64,000 nucleotides of DNA from Candidatus Gastranaerophilales bacterium (GCA_963931575.1 OZ007029.1:189694-253693); one strand, 5' to 3'; positions 17,051 through 24,480 are shown, counted from the stretch's first letter. The notes: a model not told the origin generated them from the letters alone. Numbers and translations: made by a program.

Positions 17051-17075
17051 GGGATAGAAGAATTTCTTCTATCCC
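17051..17075. terminator. Bidirectional terminator
   Basis: gggatagaag...cttctatccc flanked by A-run and T-run. Confidence 0.65.
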
Positions 17076-17116
17076 TTTTCGGGCAACGAACTATTTAACT
17101 TATACTTTCTGCTGTA

Positions 17117-19198
17117 CTATTCTTCAGCACATCCGAAAGCAATAGTAACGTGTTCTCTTGGATTAACTGCGGAGATTTTATAACCGCGAGGGTCAACAAG
17201 GTAAGCAATTTCGTCGCCGGTAGTCTGGAATAAGCCCATAGCTCCTGATAAAGCTGTTCTTGTTGTATCAATAGGAGCTTTAACAGTTTCCCATACACCA
17301 TCGCCGAGGTTTCTGGCAGCAGCGCCAAATTGGCCCTGGAATACGTGACCGAGCATATAGCCTGCGTCGTTGGTTACGTTTTCAGCTGCGTTACCGACGT
17401 TAGTCAGGATACCGCCTGCTGTTCTGCCGACAACACCTATCATGGAACCTGCAAGGGTAAATGGAGCTTCTACAAGTCTTGCAAGAGGGTTAACCTGTTT
17501 TGATTTGTTAACCTGTGCTGTCAAAATTTGTTTTGGCAGATTAGCTTTGCATTTGCCGTTTTTGATGCTTGTGAAAGAAAGTTTCAACGCACCCTTGTCG
17601 CAGCCGGAAGGTCTTACAATTTCAACAACCTGACCGGTTACAACAGAACCGCAAGGGAAGGATTGACCGTTAATTGTTATATCTTCAAGAGTTTTTGCTC
17701 TGAAGTATTGACCTACGTGTGAAGATTTTGCCGTAATCTGGTCGATCATTTTAACCTTCAATGTAGGGATTTTAACGATTTCTTCTTCTTCAACAAATGC
17801 TTTTTTGTCTGTAGGACATACAGGGCAGATTTCATTTGCTGTTTTAGGGTTAGTGTCATAGCCTAATGCTACGCGGACTGTTTGCATCATAGATGCAACA
17901 TCGGCACGGGAAGCATCTTTGTTAGGCATAATCATATTCGGGTTAGGTGAATCTTTCAGTGCACCGCTTGATAATGATTTTGCAACCGGAATTCTTGCCC
18001 AGTTTGGAACTGACGCGCCGTCTGTGTATTTGCTTAAAATTTCATCAGCTTTACACTGGTCGATATCGCAGGTCATACCTTTTGCAATTGTTGTCAGGGC
18101 TTCTGCTCTTGTTACGTTTTTACCCGGTTCAAATTTGCCGTCAGGATATCCCTTCATAAGGTTTTCGTCAACTGCTTTTGCAATTGCAGGGTTAGCCCAG
18201 TTTGAGGTTGGTACATCTTTGAACTGTGTTGTTCTGTTCATGTCGCAATCAAGATTGAAACCTTTGACAAGCATAGTTGCGAATTCTGCACGTGAAATGT
18301 TTTTGTTTGGCTTGAATAAGCCGTCCGGATAACCTACGACAACATCATTCATTGCGAGTTTGTCGATATTGCATGCTGCCCAGTAGCCGTTCGGAACATC
18401 AGGGAACGCGCAGCCGCCGCCTAAATCCGCAGCAGCACCGGTCATGGTGTTTACGCCCATATCAGATAATGCTGCATTAATGTCGAAAGGGACGAAATTC
18501 TTTTTAATTGCCTCCATAGAATTTTCTGTTTGCAAATCAATAGGGCAATTTTTGCCGTCCATAGTTCTTTCGTTTCTCATAACAGGGATACCGTTGTATC
18601 TGTCAGGAGCTTCGTTAAGGCACGGAATTTGGGTTGCCGCACCGGTAATCTGACCGTCTGAAGCAACGGTTACGCCGTTAATATCAGAGGATAAACGATT
18701 AACAGAGTGGTTTCCTATTGCTGTTTCTGAAGAAAGGATTGAGTTTGCAGGTTGACCCACGTAGTTGTTTGTTCCGTAAATAGCGTTGGGATAACCATAG
18801 ACTTGACGCATATCTTGTCTTGACGGTTTACCTGTTTGTGCGCATGCAGCACACGCCGGTTCCGGAGCAGGTTCACAGCTTAAATCAGCGTCTCCACCAC
18901 ATCCACAATCCTTGTCTTGCTTTTTTGGGTGGCAAGGATCCTCACATGGTGTTGCGCAAGGTGCCGGTTCCTCCTTGCAGTTGCATTCATCAAAAGATTT
19001 CTTGCATTTGTTGCAATTTGTTTTTGGAACTTCGTTACACGGACAAGCTCCGCCTGTTACTACAGGTAATGGTTCTGCACAAGGCGCAATCGGTTGAGCG
19101 CTCTGAGTGCACGGGCAGGTAGCCATTGCTTGGGTCAAGGAACTCGTTACTATTCCAACGGCAATTGCAGCTGCCACAGTAAGTTTTTTAATAGTCAT
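17117..19198 (-). CDS. SLH-domain cell-envelope protein with a Cys-rich N-terminal module
   Basis: Signal peptide. Three SLH repeats (FPDVPNGYWA...GYPDGLFKPNKNISRAEFA; FKDVPTSNWA...GYPDGKFEPGKNVTRAEAL; YTDGASVPNWA...). About 24 Cys in the first ~125 residues. Confidence 0.8.
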   Translation of the reverse strand: MTIKKLTVAAAIAVGIVTSSLTQAMATCPCTQSAQPIAPCAEPLPVVTGGACPCNEVPKTNCNKCKKSFDECNCKEEPAPCATPCEDPCHPKKQDKDCGCGGDADLSCEPAPEPACAACAQTGKPSRQDMRQVYGYPNAIYGTNNYVGQPANSILSSETAIGNHSVNRLSSDINGVTVASDGQITGAATQIPCLNEAPDRYNGIPVMRNERTMDGKNCPIDLQTENSMEAIKKNFVPFDINAALSDMGVNTMTGAAADLGGGCAFPDVPNGYWAACNIDKLAMNDVVVGYPDGLFKPNKNISRAEFATMLVKGFNLDCDMNRTTQFKDVPTSNWANPAIAKAVDENLMKGYPDGKFEPGKNVTRAEALTTIAKGMTCDIDQCKADEILSKYTDGASVPNWARIPVAKSLSSGALKDSPNPNMIMPNKDASRADVASMMQTVRVALGYDTNPKTANEICPVCPTDKKAFVEEEEIVKIPTLKVKMIDQITAKSSHVGQYFRAKTLEDITINGQSFPCGSVVTGQVVEIVRPSGCDKGALKLSFTSIKNGKCKANLPKQILTAQVNKSKQVNPLARLVEAPFTLAGSMIGVVGRTAGGILTNVGNAAENVTNDAGYMLGHVFQGQFGAAARNLGDGVWETVKAPIDTTRTALSGAMGLFQTTGDEIAYLVDPRGYKISAVNPREHVTIAFGCAEE

Positions 19199-19355
19199 TT
19201 TTACCTCCTTGTGTAAGTTTGAACTTTTTGAATCTCCTTAAAAGTTCAAGTCTTAAAAAACCGATACTAGATTATGTACTTTCTTCCACAGCTTTAACAT
19301 TGCCAAAAGTTACTATTCAATCGGGTAGTTCGACTTTCCCCCTAAAAACAAAAAA

Positions 19356-19375
19356 GCCTTCCCAGTAGGGAAGGC
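19356..19375 (-). terminator. Terminator of the transporter gene
   Basis: gccttccc-agta-gggaaggc with a T-run on the minus strand. Confidence 0.6.
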
Positions 19376-19398
19376 CTTTCCATATATAGTATGCGCTG

Positions 19399-20745
19399 TT
19401 ATCTCAGGTATCTTACATAGAGATATATTGAAGATAACAGTAATGAGATAAACGTTACGAGTGCACCGTATTTCATAAATCTCATAAACGAAATCGGATA
19501 ACCTTTTGTTGTAGAGGTTTCAGACACGATAACGTTTGCTGCCGCGCCGATAATCGTAAGGTTTCCGCCGAGGCACGCTCCGAGTGACAATGCCCACCAC
19601 AGTGGCGAATGACCGGTTCCGCTGTATATTAAAGCGTTCGCGTTTTCAGGATTGATTAATTCTGAAATCAATGGCGCCATTGTGGCTGTGTACGGAATGT
19701 TGTCGATTACACCGGACAAAATTCCCGAACCCCAGAGAATTAACATTGTTGCGAGGTTGAGGCTTCCGTTCGTAACTTCTATAAGTTTGTTCGCAAGGAA
19801 GTTTATCCCGCCGTTTGCTTCAAATCCGCCGATTATGATGAATAAACCTACAAAAAAGAAGATTGTAAGCCATTCAACATCAGCATAAATTTCTTTTGGT
19901 TTCTCAAATAACAGCAGAAACGCAGCTCCAGCAACCGCAAATACATACGCAGGAATTCCAGTTAAATCATGCGTTACAAAACCGAGGATTACGAGGAATA
20001 ACGTAACCATTGAACGTATCATTAAGCCTTTATCCGTAATGGTTTTTGAATTATCCATATTTGCGATGTGCGCCATTTTTTCAGGCGTTGCTTTTAGCTG
20101 CTTTCTGAACATAAAGGTAAGAGCTGCAATAGATGCAATAAAAATTACTGCAATGATAGGCGTAAGCTCGTTTATGAAGTCCATAAAGCTTAAACCTGCT
20201 CTTGCCCCGATAATGATGTTAGGCGGATCGCCGATTAACGTTGCGGTTCCGCCGATATTTGACGCCAGAACCTCCGAGATAAGGAACGGAACCGGATCTG
20301 TATCAAATTCTTTTGCTATTACAAACGTTATCGGCATCATAAGCACAACTGTCGTAACGTTGTCTAAAAATGCCGAAGCAACGGCCGTAAAAGCTGCAAG
20401 GGTGAATAAAACCCATTTCGGATGACCTTTCGTCAGTTTTAACAGCTGAATTGCCATCCATTTGAACACGCCGCTTCTGCTTGCAATGTGAACTAAAATT
20501 ATCATGCCTATAAGCAGGAAGATAACTTCAAATTCAACATAATCAAAAACCCCTTTTATATATTGCCCCGCACTGCTGTCTAAGTGTCCGTGGAAAGGCA
20601 ATAACCCGAGGAGTAAAGTCAAGGCTGCACCTACGAGTGCAACTACGGATTTCTGGATTTTTTCTGTCGCGATAAATACATACGCAATCACCAGAATTAA
20701 TCCGGAAATAACCATCCCGTGACTTGAAATGAATTCTTGTAACAT
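19399..20745 (-). CDS. ArsB/NhaD (SLC13-like) family permease
   Basis: Polytopic membrane protein. FLDNVTTVVLMMPIT and GGTATLIGDPPNIIIG motifs. ATG 20745 has a GGAG SD; the track's longer ORF runs through the neighbouring promoter. Confidence 0.75.
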   Translation of the reverse strand: MLQEFISSHGMVISGLILVIAYVFIATEKIQKSVVALVGAALTLLLGLLPFHGHLDSSAGQYIKGVFDYVEFEVIFLLIGMIILVHIASRSGVFKWMAIQLLKLTKGHPKWVLFTLAAFTAVASAFLDNVTTVVLMMPITFVIAKEFDTDPVPFLISEVLASNIGGTATLIGDPPNIIIGARAGLSFMDFINELTPIIAVIFIASIAALTFMFRKQLKATPEKMAHIANMDNSKTITDKGLMIRSMVTLFLVILGFVTHDLTGIPAYVFAVAGAAFLLLFEKPKEIYADVEWLTIFFFVGLFIIIGGFEANGGINFLANKLIEVTNGSLNLATMLILWGSGILSGVIDNIPYTATMAPLISELINPENANALIYSGTGHSPLWWALSLGACLGGNLTIIGAAANVIVSETSTTKGYPISFMRFMKYGALVTFISLLLSSIYLYVRYLR

Positions 20746-20794
20746 AATATATCTCCATTTTATAATTCCGTTTTTTAATATATCACAAACACCC

Positions 20795-20823
20795 TTGACT
20801 AATTCTAAAACATGGTACATAAT
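20795..20823 (+). promoter_or_regulatory. Consensus-like sigma70 promoter of pilin paralogue 1
   Basis: TTGACT-17 bp-CATAAT. The block ...AACATGGTACATAATG is conserved in all five paralogue loci. Confidence 0.7.
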
Positions 20824-20827
20824 GAAG

Positions 20828-20933
20828 AAGGCAATAAGGCAATAAGAGAATAAGGCAATAAGTCGTAGTGGCCAAATGGAAGAAAAAAGAATAGTCCTAT
20901 TGCCATAATGCCCTATTAACTTATTGCCTTATT
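20828..20933 (+). repeat. Long AT-rich inverted-repeat leader built from GGCAATAAG / CTTATTGCC units (copy 1)
   Basis: Left arm is aaggcaataaggcaataagagaataaggcaataag. Right arm is ctattgccataatgccctattaacttattgccttatt. Confidence 0.85.
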
Positions 20934-21106
20934 CCAGTAGTTTGGGCTTTCCAGCCCAACGGAACAAAAAGAAAGGATCGGCGGTCGGCGCGAGCGAGCC
21001 GAGAGTGGAGTGCGTGACGCACGTAACTCGTTTTCGGCGAGTCGAGCAAGAAAAGCCGGTACCATAATTAGACAATGGCGGAACGCCAGAAAGGATAGAA
21101 GAACTT

Positions 21107-22390
21107 ATGAAAAACCGAAGTGTAACAAATTATGCAGGGGGGGGGGGGAGCCGCTCAACCGGTAAATCCTGCACCTTAGGCATCAATGTCATTCAGAACA
21201 GCGAACGAAGCGAGCGTGATTCAGGATCTGACAAGTGTAGCGAACTACCGGTGTCGTTGGACAGATCCCGAAATAAATTCGGAATGACACCGCCGGTCAA
21301 GGCGGCTTCCTGTTTGGGTTGGTCGTTAAAAGGTCATGTTCAACCCTTGTGGATGGCACTCAGTGCCTTTACCATGGCAGCCAGGCTGAGCCGCTCGACT
21401 GAGTCGGTCGCTGAGCGACTTCCACAATTGAATCCGAGCAAGAATTTAGCATTCACAATGGCAGAAATCTTATTATCCCTCACGATAATCGGAGTTGTGG
21501 CGGCGATAACGCTTCCAAGCCTTACCGGAAACATTAATGAGCGCACATGGAACACGCAGCGAAAAGCCCTCTATGCCAGAATGAGTCAGGCGATTGCGCT
21601 TATGCCAGCATTAAATGGCTATGGTACACTGACCGAAGGCGACAGTTCGACTTCAGCAGAGGATACCGCCGCTGAAACCTTTGTCACAGCAGGTTTATCA
21701 AAAGTTCTTAAAATAAATAACATCTGTGACAGCGAGCACCTTGAAGATTGCGGAATTGTTTCACAGATTACAAATCTGCAGGCCAGTAAGGTCAATGTTC
21801 CAACTACTCTTGTCGGATTGAATCCTATGTTTAACAGTACTTTTATTGGCGGGCCGACTGGCAGCGGAAGCTTTACTTATTCCCAACTTGACACTAAGGC
21901 TGCTGCGTTTGAAACCGCTAATGGTGAAAGTATAATTGTCTACTATAATCCGGCCTGCCAATCTGATTTGGCGGAAACTGAATGGAATTACAGGCAGGCT
22001 AAAATGTGTGCGAACTTTATTTATGACCTGAATGGAAGTAAAGGACCTAATACTTTTGGTAAAGATATAGGGGTTATAACCGTATTGTATCCTTCGGATT
22101 CTTCTGTCGTTGCTCCGATACCGGCGTCAGTCAGGAGCGCCGGTTCATCATCGCAGAGAGATGCCGGTAAATTATGCCTGTCACAGGATTCAGAAGGTCG
22201 TGTTCCTAATAGGGATGAACTTGCTGCTGTATTTTATAATAGAGTTATGTTTGGGCTTCCGGGCAGCGATTACTTTTGGACCAGTTCTGTCATAGATTCT
22301 TCTAATGGCTGGGGACAAAGCTTTTATACCGGTCGTGCTGCAATATTGCCGCGAACAGGCGGATATAATGTCTGGTGCGTTAAACGTTAA
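21107..22390 (+). CDS. pilin-like adhesin paralogue 1: long hairpin-module leader, prepilin N-terminus and DUF1566-like C-terminus; in frame with its SD-ATG
   Basis: AFTMAEILLSLTIIGVVAAITLPSLTGNINERTWNTQRKALYAR; DLNGSKGPNT; C-terminal RVPNRDELAAVF...YFWTSS...VWCVKR. Confidence 0.75.
   Translation: MKNRSVTNYAGGGGSRSTGKSCTLGINVIQNSERSERDSGSDKCSELPVSLDRSRNKFGMTPPVKAASCLGWSLKGHVQPLWMALSAFTMAARLSRSTESVAERLPQLNPSKNLAFTMAEILLSLTIIGVVAAITLPSLTGNINERTWNTQRKALYARMSQAIALMPALNGYGTLTEGDSSTSAEDTAAETFVTAGLSKVLKINNICDSEHLEDCGIVSQITNLQASKVNVPTTLVGLNPMFNSTFIGGPTGSGSFTYSQLDTKAAAFETANGESIIVYYNPACQSDLAETEWNYRQAKMCANFIYDLNGSKGPNTFGKDIGVITVLYPSDSSVVAPIPASVRSAGSSSQRDAGKLCLSQDSEGRVPNRDELAAVFYNRVMFGLPGSDYFWTSSVIDSSNGWGQSFYTGRAAILPRTGGYNVWCVKR
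21137..21148 (+). repeat. Poly-G tract, G12, 30 nt after SD-ATG 21107 (in frame)
   Basis: Counted directly; encodes GGGG in the ORF track protein MKNRSVTNYAGGGGSRS. Confidence 0.9.
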
Positions 22391-22396
22391 TCGCCG

Positions 22397-23140
22397 TTAC
22401 ATCGGAACTGAGCGCAGCACCATGTAATACTTGTAATCACCCCAGTATAGAATTATTACTATAAAATTATCATCTAAGTCCTCCGCTTCCAGATATGTCT
22501 TTGGCATTTCCGGACGCTGCGAGGACTTAAATTTTCCTACAAATTTTAACAAACGCAGGTGCTGGCGTTGCGACCAGGTGGTTTTTTCTTCCGGCAGGTG
22601 GTCTTTATAAAAGTCCATAGGTACAATCTTTTTATCATAAATCGGCACAATGTATTTCACCTTTCCGGCTTCTTTGAAAAGCATATACCAGTTGCCGGCA
22701 TGTTCGCGCGGGGTGAGTAAGTAGTATCCCGGCTGAATTGTTATGGTTTTGAAGTATAGCGGTGCGGTCAATCGAAAAAGAGAATATGGCGACCACGCAG
22801 CGTTTTGGGTGTCAACGTATTCATCCGGATCAAGGTCGTGAACATATCTGAAATCCGGAACGTCAAGGCTCCGGTATATTTCAGGAATGTCAGAATCTTC
22901 AATATCTTTGTATTCACTATCTTGTGCGGTGTTGTCCTGTGGAATTTCGGCCGGCTCTGCGGAACTTTCTGTGGCTGTAGTATCTTCCGGTAATGCTTCC
23001 TCCGGCTGTGCAGGTGAAGTCGCCGGTTGTTCGTCCTGATTCGCCGGTACTGTTTGCGGCGGTTCGCCTACCCGTTCATCACATAAACCGGCTGTACCCA
23101 ATATTATTCCCGTTAACACTAACAAAAATATTCGCTTCAT
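22397..23140 (-). CDS. secreted hypothetical protein with a Pro/Glu/Thr-rich N-terminal region
   Basis: Signal peptide MKRIFLLVLTGIILGTAGLC. No domain recognised. Confidence 0.45.
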   Translation of the reverse strand: MKRIFLLVLTGIILGTAGLCDERVGEPPQTVPANQDEQPATSPAQPEEALPEDTTATESSAEPAEIPQDNTAQDSEYKDIEDSDIPEIYRSLDVPDFRYVHDLDPDEYVDTQNAAWSPYSLFRLTAPLYFKTITIQPGYYLLTPREHAGNWYMLFKEAGKVKYIVPIYDKKIVPMDFYKDHLPEEKTTWSQRQHLRLLKFVGKFKSSQRPEMPKTYLEAEDLDDNFIVIILYWGDYKYYMVLRSVPM

Positions 23141-23170
23141 AAATCTATTTTAATATTTTTTCTTTAAAAA

Positions 23171-23755
23171 TCAAGCGTTAAGCTCTTTAAACGCTGCATC
23201 AAGCGCTTTCGGGCAAATTCCGATAATATTTTCAAGACTTCCGCTGTAGGATTTTACGTACCCCTGAGGCAGCTCCTGAATACCGTAAGCCCCGGCTTTA
23301 TCCAGCGGTTTAAAATTATCTACGTAATAGTCAATCATTTCATCGGTAAGATAATTAAAAACTACGTGTGACGTGGTCGATTTTATTACACTTTTCCCGC
23401 TTTTGGTATTAATTAGGGCAATACTTGTTACTACCTGATGTTCGCGGCCGGAAAGCTGTTTTAACATCCTTTTGGCATCCTGTGAGTCCTTTGGCTTCTC
23501 AAGAATTTTTCCGTCCAGTACGACAACGGTATCGGCACCTATAATGGTACAATCTCCTTCTACAAGCGGAACAACAGCCTTCGCCTTATTATATGCCAGG
23601 TTCTCCACGTAACCATAAGAAAAAGCCGTCGTCGTATGTACTTCCTCATACGGGGACGGCATAATTTCAAATATATATTTGTCTTTTAGTATTTCTGCCC
23701 TTCTCGGTGAAGATGAGGCAAGAATATTTTTTCCCATTATTTGCTCCTTTTTCAC
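23171..23755 (-). CDS. maf: Maf-family nucleoside triphosphate pyrophosphatase
   Basis: LASSSPRRAEIL, GADTVVVLDGKILEKP, KAGAYGIQ. Confidence 0.85.
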   Translation of the reverse strand: MKKEQIMGKNILASSSPRRAEILKDKYIFEIMPSPYEEVHTTTAFSYGYVENLAYNKAKAVVPLVEGDCTIIGADTVVVLDGKILEKPKDSQDAKRMLKQLSGREHQVVTSIALINTKSGKSVIKSTTSHVVFNYLTDEMIDYYVDNFKPLDKAGAYGIQELPQGYVKSYSGSLENIIGICPKALDAAFKELNA

Positions 23756-23831
23756 AATTATAGCAAAAAAGAAACATTAAAAGTGGGTTGCATCAAAATA
23801 TAACGGTTTGGCGATTCGCGCCTTATTCGCT

Positions 23832-24068
23832 CTAGTATCTTGATGTTTTAGTATATCTTGCTGCTTTTGCATTGATTGCATAGCAGGCAATGTTTAAACG
23901 TTGTTTAATAGCAATCATGTTACGGTACATTTCGGCTTGATCTTTCATTGCTTCAAGCATTTTTTCAGGTTCTACCAATGATTCCAAATTATCATGATTG
24001 TCTACTTTCTCATCTGCGTATTTTTTTACTAACAACTGATCAATGTAGTCTTCTGCGCCTATTGCCAT
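23832..24068 (-). CDS. hypothetical small protein
   Basis: 78-aa ORF with a GGAGG SD (rc of cctccg at 24071-24079). Confidence 0.4.
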   Translation of the reverse strand: MAIGAEDYIDQLLVKKYADEKVDNHDNLESLVEPEKMLEAMKDQAEMYRNMIAIKQRLNIACYAINAKAARYTKTSRY

Positions 24069-24276
24069 ATTAAAGCCTCCGAGAGTTTAGTGTGTGAATT
24101 CCTTATAAAATAAATATCCTATTTTATTCCTATGTATATATAAAGTATTTCTCTTTTCGAGAATTGCCTTTTTGGGAAAATGAAATTTACAAAACTTAAT
24201 ATATACGCAGTATGGCGCAATTATATCTTGAAAAAATACTTTATATCATTAAGGATTTAATTAAGGAGTAACGACC

Positions 24277-24480
24277 ATGGGGAAAAAATTAATCAGAAAA
24301 ATCAGGGACAATTGTGCAATTTTGTGCGTCAAGAGTATTGAAGGCTTGAAAAATGGATTATTAATGCGTAACTTTATGCGCGGCGCGATTGATGATTCAA
24401 TGTGGGTAAGCGGCAGCGGTGTAATTTTTACAAAGCACCGCGGAAATACCGAGCCGATTGACCTTGGTTTAGGAATTTAA
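24277..24480 (+). CDS. hypothetical small protein
   Basis: 67-aa ORF with an AAGGAG SD. A gggggc-gtaa-gccccc hairpin follows at 24497-24512. Confidence 0.4.
   Translation: MGKKLIRKIRDNCAILCVKSIEGLKNGLLMRNFMRGAIDDSMWVSGSGVIFTKHRGNTEPIDLGLGI

Noticed and set aside
17095-19122. Multiple 60-137 aa ORFs overlapping the SLH gene on both strands
   Set aside because: All are nested in a 693-aa gene with clear SLH repeats. None has an independent start context.
20746-20820. N-terminal extensions of the permease (to 20820), the diguanylate cyclase (to 44846) and secA (to 50231) in the ORF track
   Set aside because: The extensions read through the conserved paralogue promoter blocks (e.g. rc of catggtacat gives MYH...). 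Good SD-ATG starts exist downstream at 20745, 44768 and 50108.
20876-20908. Small uORF in the loop of the AT-rich hairpin (MEEKRIVLLP in copy 1; [12 protein letters not shown] in copy 4; MKEKKNIPIALMP in copy 3)
   Set aside because: There is no SD. The frame is broken by the A6/A7 difference in copy 1 and by a 4-nt gap in copy 5. Conservation is better explained at the nucleotide or structure level.
20828-20933. GGCAATAAG repeat arrays as a possible CRISPR array
   Set aside because: The units are 9-11 bp, contiguous or nearly so, and arranged as inverted arms of a hairpin. There is no repeat-spacer periodicity and no cas genes.
20795-20935. Invertible-promoter (fim/Bacteroides-type) switch
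   Set aside because: The inverted repeats lie downstream of the promoter and flank only a short loop, so inversion would not reorient the promoter. No recombinase gene is adjacent to any of the five loci.
21137-21148. Poly-G tracts as sequencing or assembly artefacts (two-colour chemistry poly-G reads)
   Set aside because: The tracts occur at homologous positions in five separate loci, each embedded in unique sequence on both sides. The exact lengths could still be miscalled, so the ON/OFF state of individual copies remains provisional.
22125-22390. Diversity-generating retroelement acting on the variable lectin-like C-termini
   Set aside because: The window contains no reverse transcriptase and no template repeat matching any variable region. 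The variation is between paralogues, not adenine-specific.
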